DNA from: the human T2T-CHM13v2.0 reference genome, Homo sapiens
Strand: one strand, 5' to 3'
Assembly: GCF_009914755.1 (NCBI RefSeq)
Contig: NC_060931.1
Length of the DNA: 64,000 bases
Shown: positions 12,681-29,200 of the stretch, one piece after another
Numbering within the stretch: position 1 is the stretch's first letter
How the letters are laid out: each line of letters starts with the position of its first letter
Translations under genes and position numbers: made by a program
Notes under the pieces: generated by a model
What the model saw: only the letters and a program-made list of their open reading frames with translations
Told to the model about the DNA's origin: nothing
Databases searched by the model: none

Positions 12681-14019
12681 CCCCCATGCCCCTTCTCCCC
12701 TTTCATGCTGTTCGGGGCGTGTCCATCTGTTGACCGTCTGTCTCCCCCGCCAGGATCCTGTGCACCCCTGCACACGCCCAGCCTGGGCACACTCGGCAGA
12801 CCGCTGATGATCTACTGGAAGAGCAGACGAGGGTCTGACTTCCTAAGTCATGGTGTCAGCCTCGAACAGGAGTGTTCTGGGTCCAGGGAGATGTCATGGA
12901 GTGAGCTGGGCCTGGGCTGGAGGCCTGGCTCTGCTGGCGGGGCTGAGCCCATTCACCCATCAAGCCCCCATTTCTCATCTGTATGATGGGAGGCTCCCCG
13001 CACCACCCTCTCTTCCCTATCACCTTTCCGACTGACCTGGGTGGGGGCCAGGTGTGACTGTGGCCAGGGTCTATGGGGGATCACTGAGGTCCTCAAGATG
13101 GCCCCGGACAAGGAGGGGCATCAAAGCAGGGGAGACAGAGGAGCTCTGGCCCCGTCTTCCCCAGCAGCCCATGAGCCATGGATCAGCCGGGGGCGCCCAT
13201 GTTGAGCAGTCCCAGGGAGCCCGCTGCCCTGAGCCATTTGACCAGAGGGGTGGCCCGGCCAGCTCGGCACAGTGCTGAATTCTGGGGACCTCATCGCTCC
13301 TGCCGGTCCCCTAGGGGCTCACAGTGGGGCTGGAACGAAAGGGAGCCTGATGGAGCCTGCAGCTGACTGCCCAGGAAGCTTCCGGAACGCAGCCACGTGG
13401 GAGCGGTTGCTGGAACTTCCTCACACTGCCTGTTCAGGCCGGGCCCGCATTCCCCCTCCAAGGGAAGGGAGGGCCAGAGCCGGTGCGAAATCTGTCCTGG
13501 CAGCTCCCCAGGGACTCCCGGGGCAGGCTCAAGTTTCTAAGGAGCATAAACTATGTCTTACAAGTCGAGATAGTGACTCCAGTGACTGAAAACATCAGAA
13601 ATAGCTCTGCTGAGTCAGTCCCTTCCCAAAGTTCTGTGGGAAAGAGTCCGTCGGCCAGAGGGCTGACCCCACAGGCCCCAGCTCACTTGCAACAGCTCCT
13701 GCAGCCCAGGGAGAAGGCATGGGAGGGACCCGGGTGGTGGCACCTGGTAGCTGGTGAGCAGCCCTGAACCGTCCCTGGTGACAAGGAGGGGACACAGCTT
13801 AGAGGCACCCGCCATGCCACCTTTGTGGAGCTGGGCAGGCCTGGGGTTTAGGGACTCGGCGCAGGTCCCCCGGCCCCCTCATCCTGACACTTCCTTTCCT
13901 GGAGCTGCCTTTTCACAGCCTTCCCCCGAGGAGGAGTGACCTTTGGCTTGTTTGGATGTTAAGCGGGGAGTCCGCACACAAGCCACAGTGTATGCACACA
14001 CACACAGAGGCACTGACGC

Positions 14020-14664
<645 letters not shown>

Positions 14665-14995
14665 TGAGTCGGTGGCGGGCCAGGCGAATGGAGCTACCGG
14701 GGCTGCCGCTTTGGACTGCTCGGCATTTGCCCCATGGGGCTGCACAGGGGCCCAGGCTGGCTGAGAATGTCCCTGGGTCCAGGAGGCAGACGGAGGTACA
14801 GCCCAGCAGCCAGGAGGTGTGTCAGGATGTTCCCCAGTCAGCACCCGTGGAGGGGAGGGAGGAGGCAGGGTGGGCGAGGAAGGTCCAACAGTGGACGGCC
14901 TGCCCACAAGAAGCTCTGAGGCTGGGAGCTGGCAGAGTTGCTGCAAGTGGGTTGGGCCAGGACTGCTGGGCCTGTGCACCTGCCTGGATGCATCA

Positions 14996-15562
<567 letters not shown>

Positions 15563-16989
15563 AAGACATGGAGAGAAATATCCAAAAATGTTTACAATAA
15601 TGATTTCTGGATAGAAGGATTATAGGAAGTTTGTCGTTTTTTTCTTTGTGCTACTCTGTCTAAAGTGAATATGTATTTCTTTTATAATCAAAAAAACTTA
15701 ACTTTTTTATAAGAAGTCCTTTTGTCAACAGAGCACAGGGTCTGGATTCAAAGACATGGGCTCAGCTCCTTTTGGGGCAATCCCAGGGCCCGCTGACGAG
15801 ATCCGGGACAAAGTGAGTTCTGGGGACAGTCGGCTGTGCCTGCAGCCTCTGCTTCAGGATTCCCCACTGTGTTCTCCAGCCCACACTCCAGCACCCTGAG
15901 ACTGGGGTTAGGTATGACCTTTCCCACGAATTAGCCATGTGATATTTTTTGAAGACATGAATTGTCATACTGCCAGATTCTTCATCCATAAAGTGGATCG
16001 TGCCCTTAGCTGGCTCACGAGTTGTGTTTGTTGAGATGGGTAACTCTAGCTGCTCTAATAGAGCCTCATACTCCCCAGCTTGACACAGTAGAGTTTATTT
16101 CTCGGTCAGGGGAAGGCCAACCTGGATTGTTCCCAGATGGTGGGCAGCAGTCCACATGGTCATGCAGGGATCCAGGCTCCACTTGACTCAGCTCTGCTGT
16201 GCTGCCTTTGGCCCCTCCAAATTCTCCACTCAGACAGAGAAAGAGGGCGAGGATCATGGTGGGGCAGGAGTAGGGCCAGGCTTGGAAATCCCCCGAATCC
16301 CACTGGCTGGAGCCCAGGGACATGGCTGCACCGGAGGCCAAAGGTCAGGCAGCCAGGAAGCGCACTCAGGCAGGCAGGATGTGTGTTAGGAGGGGGTGGG
16401 GGTGGATCAAGGTTGGCCTCACAAGCGTGGGATTTTGCTGATTGGGCTGTGAGGGTCTTGGCCTCCCAACACACCCAAGCCCCCGGCCATGCACGTGGAG
16501 CATGCGTGGGGGGCAGGAGGAGCTGGGTTCCCCCTCAGACGTGGAGCCTCCCTCTCTCTCTCTGGAATGGGCACTCATGTGCTTCTGTCCAGGGATTTGA
16601 ATCTTGAGGGACAGATGAAGGCGCTGGGACACTTTAGAAATTATTCACAGCAACAGCAGTGTCGTCCTAAACCCGGGGGACGGCCCCGCCCTGGCTGGGA
16701 CCCCAGGCGTCATGTGGCTCTACTGTGTCCCCAGCCCTCCTGCCGTCAGCCGTCCCATTATCTATCCCACCACCATCTACTCTCGTAGTTTGTAACCAAG
16801 ACGCGCGGCGGATAGGAGGTCAGTGATGTAAGACTGACCCGGAACTCTTCTGGGAGCTTCAGGGTCACAGGCTCTGGTCCTGGCTCTGTGGAGGCTTCTC
16901 AGCAAGGCTGGGGAGAGTGCAACACAGCTGGGTCACCTGAGATCCAGGAGAGAATACAAGATGCACAAGGGGCCAGTTGCAGCAGCTAC

Positions 16990-17340
16990 ACCGCCAGCAC
17001 TGCGGGAGGCCGGGGCGAGAGGCTACATCACCAGCACTGCAGGAGGCCGGGGCATGAGGCTGCAGCACCAGCACTGCAGGAGGCCAGGGCATGAGGCTGC
17101 AGGACCAGCACTGTGGGAGGCCGAGGCATGAGGCTGCAGGACCAGCACTGTGGGAGGCCAAGGCATGAGGCTGCAGGACCAGCACTGTGGGAGGCCGATG
17201 GGGGAGGCTAGAGCCCCAGCACTGCGGGAGGCCGGGGCGAGAGGCTAGAGCACTGTGGGAGGCCGAGGCGGGAGTCTACACCATCCAGCACTGCCGGAAG
17301 CGGAGGCAGAGGCTACACCACTAGCACCAAGGGAGGCCAG
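16990..17340. repeat. 37-bp minisatellite (~9 copies), CCAGCACTGTGGGAGGCCGAGGCATGAGGCTGCAGGA
   Basis: Period 37 (copies at 17105, 17142, 17179). Confidence 0.9.
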
Positions 17341-17732
17341 GGTGGGAGGCCATGGCAGCACAGGAAAGCTGGGATGTTTCCCAAAGCCCCTTCCCAATGT
17401 GGTTCCGGATCAGGGCTGGCCACAGGAGGACGTGGTCTGGACTTGGGAGGAGAAGCTGTGGTTTGGTGTCTGGAGTGGGTGTGGGCCTCGTGGGGCGGGT
17501 CTGCTTGTCATCTGGGTGGTTCAGGAGAACGGCCAGCACCTCCGGCTCCTGCAGGCCTCACCCCACAGCCCTTCAGGGCCCTGGGCTGGATGCACGTGTG
17601 CTCCACAGCCAAGGGCCCGGCTGTCCTGCAGGGGCCTGGCTAAGACAGGAGGTGGGGAGAGAGCAACACGGGGACATACCAGGTGTTCTCAAGGGCCCCA
17701 GCCTGACTCCACTGTCCCTCACTTCATGTCTC

Positions 17733-18898
<1,166 letters not shown>

Positions 18899-19484
18899 TA
18901 ATTCAGCCATTTCTCCTGACCCCAAAATGTCTGAGGAGTAGAGCAAGCAGAGAGGTGAATGATTCATATCTTTGGAATCCCTACTGCAAACGCGTGCAGA
19001 AATAAACTGGGTTTTCCTCCTGTAACAGGGCCGTTTCACCTGGGGGGCTGCACGTCTGCAGAGTGAGGCTCCGCAGGCAGATGCTACAGGGAAAGGCAGC
19101 CCTGGGGACCAGGAAATGATGCCGTCCTCTTGGACACTGGGGAGAGTGACCTGGGGGAGGTGGACACAGCGCGGCTGGGGCGAGGCCTGGGCTCCAGGTC
19201 CCCATGCAGGGCAGTCCGAGGGTGTCCTCATCCACCTCCCTTTGTACCGTGAGTTTGCTGAGCCAGATGGTGACACAGGGCTCCTGAGGGCTCAGCCTGG
19301 AGTCTGTGAGTCTAAATCAGAACTTGCCTGGTGGTCGCCCTTACGTTCATCTGAGGTGAAGGTCTGGGTCCTTCGTGCTTGAATCTCACCCAAGGCAGGA
19401 AGTCTTTGCTGCCCTTCTGAGTTGCAAAGCCCCTCCCAGAGGAACAGCACCCTTCAGGGCTATGGGAAGGACCAGGGTTTCCCA

Positions 19485-20264
19485 AGAGGGAGGGAGGGAG
19501 GGAGGGGGGAGGAAAGGAAGAAAGGAGGGAAGGACAGAGAGAGGGAAGGAGGGAAGGAGGAGGGAAGGAGGAGGGAAGGAGGAAGGAGGAGGGAAGGAGA
19601 AAGGAGGGAGGGAAGGAAGGAAAGGAAGGGAGGACAAAGGGAGGAAGGAGGGAGGGAAAGAAGGAAAGAAGGAAGGAAGGAAGGAGGGAAGAAAGGAAGG
19701 AAGAAGGGAGAGAAGGAAGGAGGGAGGGAGAGAAGGACGAAGGGTAGGAAGGAGGAAAGGAAGAAAGGAAGGAAGGAGGGAGGGAAGGAGGGGGGAAGGA
19801 AGGAGGGAAGGAAGGAGGGAGGGAGGGGGAGGGAGGAAGGAAAGGGAAGGGAAGGAGGAAGGGGAGGGAAGGAGGAAGGAGGAGGGAAGGAGGAAGGAGG
19901 AGGGAAGGAGGAAGGAGGAGGGAAGGAGGAGGGAAGGAGGAAGGAGGAGGGAAGGAGGAGGGAAGGAGGAAGGAGGAGGGAAGGAGGAAGGAGGAGGGAA
20001 GGGAAGGAGGAGGGAAGGAGGGAAGGAGGAAGGAGGAGGGAAGGAGGAGGGAAGGAGGAAGGAGGAGGGAAGGAGGAAGGAGGAGGGAAGGGAAGGAGGA
20101 GGGAAGGAGGGAAGGAGGAAGGAGGAGGGAAGGAGGAAGGAGGAGGGAAGGAGGAAGGAGGAGGGAAGGAGGAAGGAGGAGGGAAGGGAAGGAGGAGGGA
20201 AGGAGGGAAGGAGAAAGGAGGAGGGAAGGGAAGGAGGAGGGAAGGAGGGAAGAGGGGAGGAGGG
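19485..20264. repeat. ~780-bp polypurine (GGAA/GGAGG)n tract
   Basis: Almost exclusively A/G on the plus strand. Confidence 0.95.
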
Positions 20265-22879
20265 ATTGGTATGGTCAGTATTTTTTATTTGTCCGTCTGA
20301 TGGCCAGGTAGTGGTGTCTGATTGCGGCTTTACTTTATGTCCTCCTAATGGCAACTGGTGTGAAACATCCTTCCATTCGCTCCCGTGCTGTCAGCGGATC
20401 TTCTTTGATGAAACGTTAGCTGATGTGGGAACAGCTACTCTGCCAGGCTCTGTGCCAGGCTCTGAAAATCTGTGACAGAGGCACATAAGACATCCTTGCT
20501 CTCTTCATGGTGTTTACAACCTCATGGGAGAGGCAAACACATAAATAAACCTGGTGCCTCGAAGGTTTGGAAACAGAGCAACAGAGCTTTGGAAAGGGCT
20601 GGGTGGGCCGCTCCTTCCCTTGTTGCCCCCTGCGCACGAGACCCAGCAAAGCTCCAACTCCTCGTCTGGGAACTGAGGGTGATACGGCACCAACTGCGTC
20701 AGCGGCCCAGTCCACAGCACCAGGGGCTGGGAAGAGCTTTGTAAAACTTTGCTACCGTTGCCTCCACCACCATCAGCTGGAGGGTCACAGAAGGCGACCC
20801 CAGAGCCGGAGCCGGAGCCAAGCCTCAGCCACGAGTCAGCCTCTGCCGGCTCTGAGGACCCCCAGAGAGGGTGCCCCTCCCCAGTCATGGTTTCCAGGCA
20901 GTGACGCAGGGTGGTCTGCACCAGGCACCCTTTTCCAAGGATTTCAAGTTAGGTTTGTTTTCCAGAAAGCCAGTACTGGGGCCAAGCCAGCTCCAGGTGA
21001 GACAGGCGCTGGGGGTGCTGGGCTGGCCACTCACATCCACCCTCCCCCGGCCAGCGGGCAGGGAAGACCCCCCAACCTCCCTTCCTAGAAAGCGGCCCCA
21101 TCTAAGAGAAGCCTTGAAATCGGAGCGTCAGGAAAGGAGTGTGGGGCTCAGCCCAGAGCTTTGTCAGCCTCACCAACACGGGGTCCATCCAGAAGGCTCC
21201 CGGCCTCCCCGGCCCTTCCTGGCTTTTAGTCACTGCCGAGCTTGTGAGCACTTGTGTGCTCCGGTGAAACGGCCGAGGGCAAGAGCCCTGGGGGGCAGGG
21301 GCGCTGTTCTCAGTTCCTGGAGGCAGCAGAGTGGGAGGAAGAGGCCCTGAGATGCCGTCTCAGTGCCCCCACCCCCAGCTTAGGAGAGAGATTACCTGGC
21401 CAGGGCCATCTGAGCAGCAAGATAGAGAACCTCTCTCCCTCAGACCTAGGAAACAACATTTGGGGTGCAATCGCCCAGGGAACCCAAAAAGGAGCCCCGG
21501 GAGGTCCCAGCCCTAGACTCACACTGACAGGTGCTTCTCCAAAGGAGGGGGCTTGTGGGTGGGGGGCAGCCATGCAGATGGGCCCAACAGCCCCTGGGAG
21601 CCAAGGCAGGGGCAGCTCAGGCAGGCAGGGCAAGGAGCGAGCGCAGGCCGAGGATCAGGGTGGGGCAGCATGGGGGCTGGGACCTCTGGTGCCCCCACCA
21701 CCACCCTGGTGAGGACAGGAGGCACTCCCGGGGCTCGCATGGCTGCTGACCGCAAGCTTATCTCTCCCTGTGTGCATGTCTGCCCCTGGAGACAGGACTC
21801 TCTAGCTGCCAGCCTCCCGGAGAAGCCCCAGGCTGAGCTCACCCAGTCCCCTCCAGGCCCTGAACTGCCTCTCCTCGTCCCGAGCAAGCACTCTCCTCTG
21901 CCCAGACCCCTGGCTCCAGGCCAAATCCAGGGCTGCTGAGGAGCCCGAGGCCAGGCCCAGGGGAGATGGAGGAAGTGTCAGGTGCAGGCCAGGTCGCTGT
22001 TTTCTGATTGATAGGAAAAGAGGGCCAGGCAGGGCCCTGCGGAGGGCAGGGAGGAGTCCAGGTGGAACCTGGGAGGGGAGGCAGCTGGCCAGGGCTCCAG
22101 GGAGCCTGAAAAGAAAACAGCCCCTCTCCGAAGCCTGGCACTGTCCTTCCTCTCCCCTCAGGCCATGGGCTCCCATGGAAATCAGGCCAGGTCAGAGGGC
22201 ACCACAGTTTAAGTGTGAGCCCCTGCAGATCTCAGATCCGTGAGCTGGGGACAGGTTCCCTGGGGCTGCAGGAGCTCCAGAGGAAGGCCGAGGTGGGGCC
22301 AGCCCGGCAGGACACAGGTACCTGGTCCCGCTAATTAATTGCTTCCAGCAGGCTCTGAAGAGCAGCTGGGCCCAGGAATGCCCCCTCCAGTGAAGACCGA
22401 CTCTGTCTAACTTGTGAAGGTTTGGATACTGACGGCGAACCGCTCTTAATAAATCTCTCTCTCCTTCTCATGCGCAGCTCATCTGCAGGGCTTGGTGCCT
22501 CTGGGGGGCCAGGACGGTGGGCAGCCCTCCTCCCGTCCCCACACTCCTCCCCTCCCCACCCTCCTCCCTCCCTTCCCGCCCTCCTCCTGTCCCCACCCTC
22601 CTCCCCTCCCCAACCTCCTCCCCTCCCCACCCTCCCCTCCCCACCGCTGGGGCTGGTCCTGCTTCTTAGTGCCCTCCTGCCTTGAATGAGCACAACCCAT
22701 GCGGTGGTCCTCCTGCGTGCCACCTTCTCTGTGCTTCACCTGCATCCCTTGCTGGTCCTTGGGTTCAATAACACTGTGGGGAGTCTCCAGAGATCCCACT
22801 AGACCAGATCAGGGGCCCTTATGGACCCTCCCCACCCACCTGAGAGGCAGAATAGCCTAGAGATTAAAAACTCAGAAGG

Positions 22880-23070
22880 GCCAAGTTCACATTCTGACTC
22901 CTCCACTTACAAGATTTGGTGTAAGATCCTTCCTGAGCCTGTGCCTCAACTTCTCCATTTTTGAAGCATAGGTCTCTGGCAGCACCTACCCATGGGTGGT
23001 TGTGAGAATTAAAACCTAAAGCATCTAACACCCCATCTGCCCCCAAGCAGCACTAGTCACTGCTGTCATT
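22880..23070. mobile_element. MIR fragment
   Basis: GCCTCA..TTCTCCAT.T.TGAA...ACCTACC.CAT.GG.TGTTGTGAGAATTAAA resembles the MIR core. Confidence 0.6.
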
Positions 23071-23226
23071 TCCTTCAGGCACTTACTTCAGTCTACGATT
23101 ATGTTCCTTTTTGTGTATGATTAATGTCTAAATTTCCCTCTTAATGGTTAGCTCCAGGAAGGCAAGAAATTCATGGTGTCTGGCAGAGTGACAGGTCCCT
23201 GTTAGGTGCTCAAGAACTTATGTTGT

Positions 23227-24815
23227 ATGGATGGATGGATGGATGGATGGATGGATGGATGGTTGGATGGAGGACAGTTGGATGGATAGATGGATGGATA
23301 GATGGATGAATGGGTGGATGGATGGATGGATAGGTGGATTGGTGGATAGTTGTATGAATAATAGACGGCTGAACAGATTGATGGTTGGATAAACGGATGG
23401 GTGAATGGGTAGGCAAGTGGGTGGATAGTTGGATGGATGATAGATTGTTAGATAGATGAATGAATGGATGAGTGGATGGAAGGGTGAAAGGGTAAGTAGA
23501 TGATGGGTAGATGGATGTGTAGGTGAGTGAGTGGATAATTGGATGGACAGATAAATAGGTGGATGGATGGATGGATCAGTAGATAGTTGGATGAATGATT
23601 GATGGTTGGAACAGTTGGGTGGATGGGTAGGTGTGTTGATAGTTGGATGGATGATAGATGGTTGGATGGATTGATGGATGGAAGGATGGATGGATGGATG
23701 GATGGATGGATGTGTGAATGGATGGATGGGTAAGTGAATGAATGGGTGGATAGTTTGATGGATGGATAGATGATAGATGGATGGATGGTTGAACACATGA
23801 CTGACTGGATGGAGGGATGGATGGATGGATGGGTAGATCAGTGGATAGTTGAATGAATGATAGATGGTTGGACAGATGGGTGGATGGGTGGGTGGGTGGA
23901 TACTTGGATGGATGATAGATGGTTGGTTGGACTGATAGATGATGGATGGATGGATGGATGGATGGATGGATGGATGGATGTGTGAGTGAATGGATGGGTA
24001 AGTGATGAATGGGTGGATAGTTCGATGGATGGATAGAAGATGGATGGATGGTTGGACACATGACTGGATGGATGGATGGACGGATAGTTGGATGGATGGA
24101 TAGATAGAGAGATAGATAGATGGATAAGTGGATGGGTGGATGAGAGGATCTAGTACCAGGGGGATGGCTCCACCTTGATATCCAACTGAGGCCCCTGCAA
24201 TGGGTACCATCTGATTTGAGGAAGTATCTCTGCTGGAACTGGCCAGTACTTGCCCCCTCACTGTGGAATTTGGGCTGGGTGGATCAGTGGATAGTTAGAT
24301 GAATGACAGATGGTTGGACAGATGGGTGGATGGGTAGGTGGGTGGATACTTGGATGGATGATAGACGGTTGGATGGATGGATGGATGGATGGATGGGTAA
24401 ATGGATGAATGAGTGGATAGTTCGATGGATGGATAGAAGATAGATGGATGGATGGTTGGACACGTGACTGATTGGATGTATGGATGGATGGATGGATGGA
24501 TGGATGGATGGATGGTAGGATGGGTGGATAGATGGATGGATGGATGGGTGGATGGATGGGTGGATGGATGGATGGATGGATGGTAGGATGGGTGGATGGA
24601 TGGATGGATGGATAGTAGAATGGGTGGATGGATGGATGGATGGATGGATGGATGGATGGATGGATGAGTGGATGGATGGATGGATGGATGGATGGATGGA
24701 TGGATGAGTGGATGGATGGATGGATGGATGGATGGATGGATGGATGGATGGATGAGTGGATGGATGGATGGATGGATGGATGGATGGATGGATGGATGAG
24801 TGGATGGATGGATGA
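23227..24815. repeat. (GGAT)n degenerate tetranucleotide array with higher-order units
   Basis: TGGA periodicity; unique marker GATCAGT(G/A)GATAGTT at ~23574, ~23836 and ~24282. Confidence 0.95.
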
Positions 24816-27544
24816 CAGGAACTAGGACCAGGGGGATGGCTCCACCTTGATGTCCAACTGAGGCCCCTGCAATGCGCACCATCTGATTTGAGGAAGTATC
24901 TCTGCTGGAACTGGCCAGTACTTGCCCCCTCACTGTGGAATTTGGGCTGAGCCTGGAAAGCTGCTCCAAGCTATTTGCAAAGGGGTTTCCAGCCTTGGAT
25001 CCCTAAAGGCTGCCAGAGAGAGGCTCCTGTGGTTCCCTGGGACAAGGAGACCTCCTTCATCCTCCATGCCTGTTTCTCAGACAGTGAAGACAAGGCACAA
25101 ATGTGTGCTTTGGAGGTGGCTGAGGGGCTCAGACACTGCAGTGTGCAGGCGCCTGCCAGGCCTGATGTGGTGATGCTCGCTCAGGGCCTCTAGGGCAACC
25201 CAGGGTCATGTTTGATTTGACGAAGGGGTTAAGTGCGCTGCTCTTTAAAAGCCGGAACACAGACAATGTGAAGCTTCCTCCCTCAGACCCACCACATTGG
25301 TGGGCTTTACTTCAGCCCTAGGGACTCCTTCTGTCCCCTCACCCCTCTCAACTCCAACCCCCCCTCCCCAGACTGCAGAGAGGGGCCGGTTCTTGCCAGA
25401 GTCGCTCTTAGCCGTTTTGTGAAAAATCCATTTATTGTCTTCATTGCTTGGGAAGTTATAATCTTGAGGCTGCAGCTTCCTAAGGCGTTGCCATGGAGAT
25501 GAATTTTCTGTCATAAATAAAAGTATTCTGGGGTCAGGAGATCTCAAGCATAACTAGGACAGATTTTGAGGGGGAAAATGCAAGAATTTCAGAAGCACAT
25601 GAGATGATTTGGGCTGCCTTTTCCGGAGGGTGTTTTTTAGGCTGTCCTGAATTTGGCCTCTAGATGTGGGACCGTCCCTCTGCCGTACCCCCAACCCCGT
25701 TCCCCCAAGCCGACACTGTGTCTGCCTGCCCCTCCCCTCCTCCACCTGCTCAGGGCCAGAGCCTTGGGGGACCTGGTTTGGAAATCCAGGTTGGGGTGAC
25801 GTCTGGGGTCACCCAAAGACGGGCTGGCTCCCAGTGTGTCCTCAGACAAGCCTTTCTGTCCCTGGCCCTAGACCCTGCCTGGGTGAGGGCCTCATTCACT
25901 CAGCCTAGGATTTTTGGAACATTCCTCACACGCCTCCTACGGGCCAGGGCTCACTCAGGTATTTCCCCTTGGGCTTGGGGCAGGCAGGGGGACACTCCCA
26001 CTCCCGCATGACCCCTGCTTCCGAGGGCCCTGACCCCACCCCCACTCTTGCTCACTTCCCACCAGCCCCCATGGACATTAGCTTTAGGGATTTCCTTTTG
26101 TTCAGGGTCGCTGCAGGTCTGTGTTCGAGAAGGTGGGGGAGGCGGGACTGGAGCCCGGGAGGAAGGTATGCAGGGCTGAGGGGCCTCTGGAAGCCACCCA
26201 AGCCGACAGCCTCCGCCAGCAGTCAAGGGCTGTTTGCCAACCCCCATGCACCCCCTCATTAGGTAAACACAGAGTCCTCCATCAGCACAGGGCCCCAGAG
26301 CCATCCCTTGCACAGAGGCCCCAGGGTCCCCCGCGCTCGAGGGCCCCCCATGACCCTGGGACTGGGACTGCGGCACCCTGGGCCTCTCCTCCCAGCCCCG
26401 AGGCTCTCACTGGAGGACCCATCTTCCAAGGCTGCCACAATCCCAGGAGGCGGCTCCAGCCCCAGTAGCTCCAAAAAAACGAATGGAGAGGTGAGGAGGG
26501 AGAGAACAAAAGAAAGGAGGGAATGAAGGAGGGAGGAGGCTACGGGGTGAACCCTTTGCAGTTTGGACCTCAGACTGTGGTCCCCTCACCTACCTCCCCG
26601 GACAGCACCACCCTCCCTTCCCACCTTTGATGGGTCCCTGTCCCAGGAGAAAGCCCATAGAGACATCACACGGGAAGATCCTGCAGGAAGCCCTTCCTCC
26701 CTTGCAAACACTCGCAAAAAACGGCCCTTGATCATGGAGAAACAGGCTTCCAGGGCCCCCAGGGGCTGGGGTCCACGGTTGCAGGCCAGCAAGCCACAGC
26801 TCCCAGGCTGGGGCTCTAGTGAGTCTAGCCTCCCCAAGACCCACTTCTGCCAGGGGTTCTCTGCCTCCTGATAAATAACTGTGACACTATCTGCCCACAT
26901 CCCTTGCTGAGCAGCAAAATCAACACAGGACAGGCTGTGACTCGCCAGGCCACGAGGAGCTGCAGGACGTACACACTGCATCGCCATCTGTGGGGCTTGG
27001 ACAGCCACAGGAGGGACATGGCCCCAGAAGCCTGGCAGGGCATCCCACTGCGAGGGCCCCTCAGTGCCAGCTCTCGTGGCCTCTCACCAAGTCTGGCCCC
27101 AGCCCAGCTTTCCATCGCCACAAGCTTGTGCAGTCCACACCCGCCACCAAGAAGGGCGCTGGGGGTTGGGGCCAATGCCAGGTGGGGCAGGGAGGGGACG
27201 CTGTGGGAGGGAGGGGTGGCTGAACAGGATAAGGGCCCTGGAATGCACGGCTCCACCCCTGGATGGCTGTGTCCTCGTCCACAGAACAGGGACAGGGCCG
27301 CAGAAGGGCACTGTCAGGAGGCGGGATCCCTGTACCCTGATGACTCCCGGGAAGCGGCAGAAATCACGGTCATGAAGGATTCGTAACCGGGGCAGGGCTC
27401 TTCTCAGAGCGGGAGAAACAGACAGCGTCCAAGGAGCACCCCACACTGTCCCAGCTGATAAATGAACACAGCTGCAGACCATAGCAGGGTCCTCAGTGAG
27501 TCCGAGCTCTCCTGACTCCGCGTCGGACTGAAGCATCCTCGAGG

Positions 27545-28060
27545 GTGTCTATATGAGCCTGTGTGTGAGCTTGTGTGTGAATGTGTGCGTGCCTGTGTGT
27601 GAATGTGTGTGCCCGTGTGAGCCTATGTGAGCCTGCATGTGAATGTGTATGCCTGTGTGTGAATGCATGTGCTTGTGTGTGAGGCGCGCTTGTGTGTGAG
27701 GCATGTGAATATGTGAGCCTGCATGTGCCTGCATGAGCCTGCGTGTGCCTGCGTGAGCCTGCGTGTGACTGTGTATGCCTGTGTGAGCATGTGTGTGCGT
27801 GTGACTCCATGAGCCTGTGTGTGAATGTGTGAGCCTGCATGTGAATGCGTGTGCCTACGTGAGAATGCGTGAGCCTGTGTGTGAATGTGTGTCCCTGTGT
27901 GTGGACCTGCACGTGAGTGAGTGTGCCTGCATGTGAATGCGTGTGAATGCATGAGCCTGTGTGTGAATGTGTGAACCTGTATGTGAATGTGTGTGCCTGT
28001 ACGTGAATGTGTGTGGTGCTCCATGTGTTTTTGTGTCTATGTGTTTGTCTCTGTGTGGCT
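27545..28060. repeat. Degenerate TG-rich tandem repeat (GTGTGAAT/GAGCCT)
   Basis: Visible periodicity. Confidence 0.88.
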
Positions 28061-28794
28061 GTAACTTTCTGTGACTCTCCAAAAACCCTGATTCAAAACC
28101 AAAGACACCACAGGAAAAGAGGACTACAGAACAATTTCCCACTTAAGCATGGACACAAAAATCCTTAACAAATGATTAACAAGTAGAATCAATATAAAAA
28201 GAAACGTATTTAATGACCAAGGTGGGTTAATCTCAGGAATGCAAGGTTAATGTAGCATTTGAAAAACTAATCAATGTAATTCACAATAATAGAATTATGT
28301 AAAAAAAAATCACATGGTAATTTTAACAGATGCAGAAACCATACAATGAAATGCAATAGATGCAAAAAAAATGGACACAATTCAACAACTTTTCATGATT
28401 TAAGAAAAACAAAAAACCCTCTCAGAAAACTAATAGGAGAAGCAAACCTCCTCAACTTCATTAAAGGCATCTACAAAACAGCTACAGCTAACATCTTACT
28501 CAATGTTGAAAGGCTCATTGCTTTCTAGCTAATAACAGGAATAAAGCAAGATTGCCCATTCTATTGTCACTTCTATTTGTTCTGGAGGTCCCAGCCAGTA
28601 CAACAAGGCAAGAAAAAGAAATAAAAGGCATACAGAATGCAAAAGAAGAAATACAACAGTTCTTATTTCCAGATAACATGATCATGTATGTAGAAAACTC
28701 AAAGGAATTTCAAAAGAATTCTACTAAAACTAATAAGTGAATTTAGCAAGGTTGCAGGATCTAAGGACGATATACAAAAACAAATTGAAATTGA

Positions 28795-29200
<406 letters not shown>

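Noticed and set aside
11685-12986. 433/342/259-aa overlapping ORFs
   Set aside because: All three frames are open only because the 40/43-bp unit lacks stops.
19375-20475. 366/322/292-aa G/E/R/K- or P/S/F-rich ORFs
   Set aside because: Artefacts of the polypurine tract.
23210-24969. (HPSI)n and (MDGW)n ORFs
   Set aside because: Translations of (GGAT)n.
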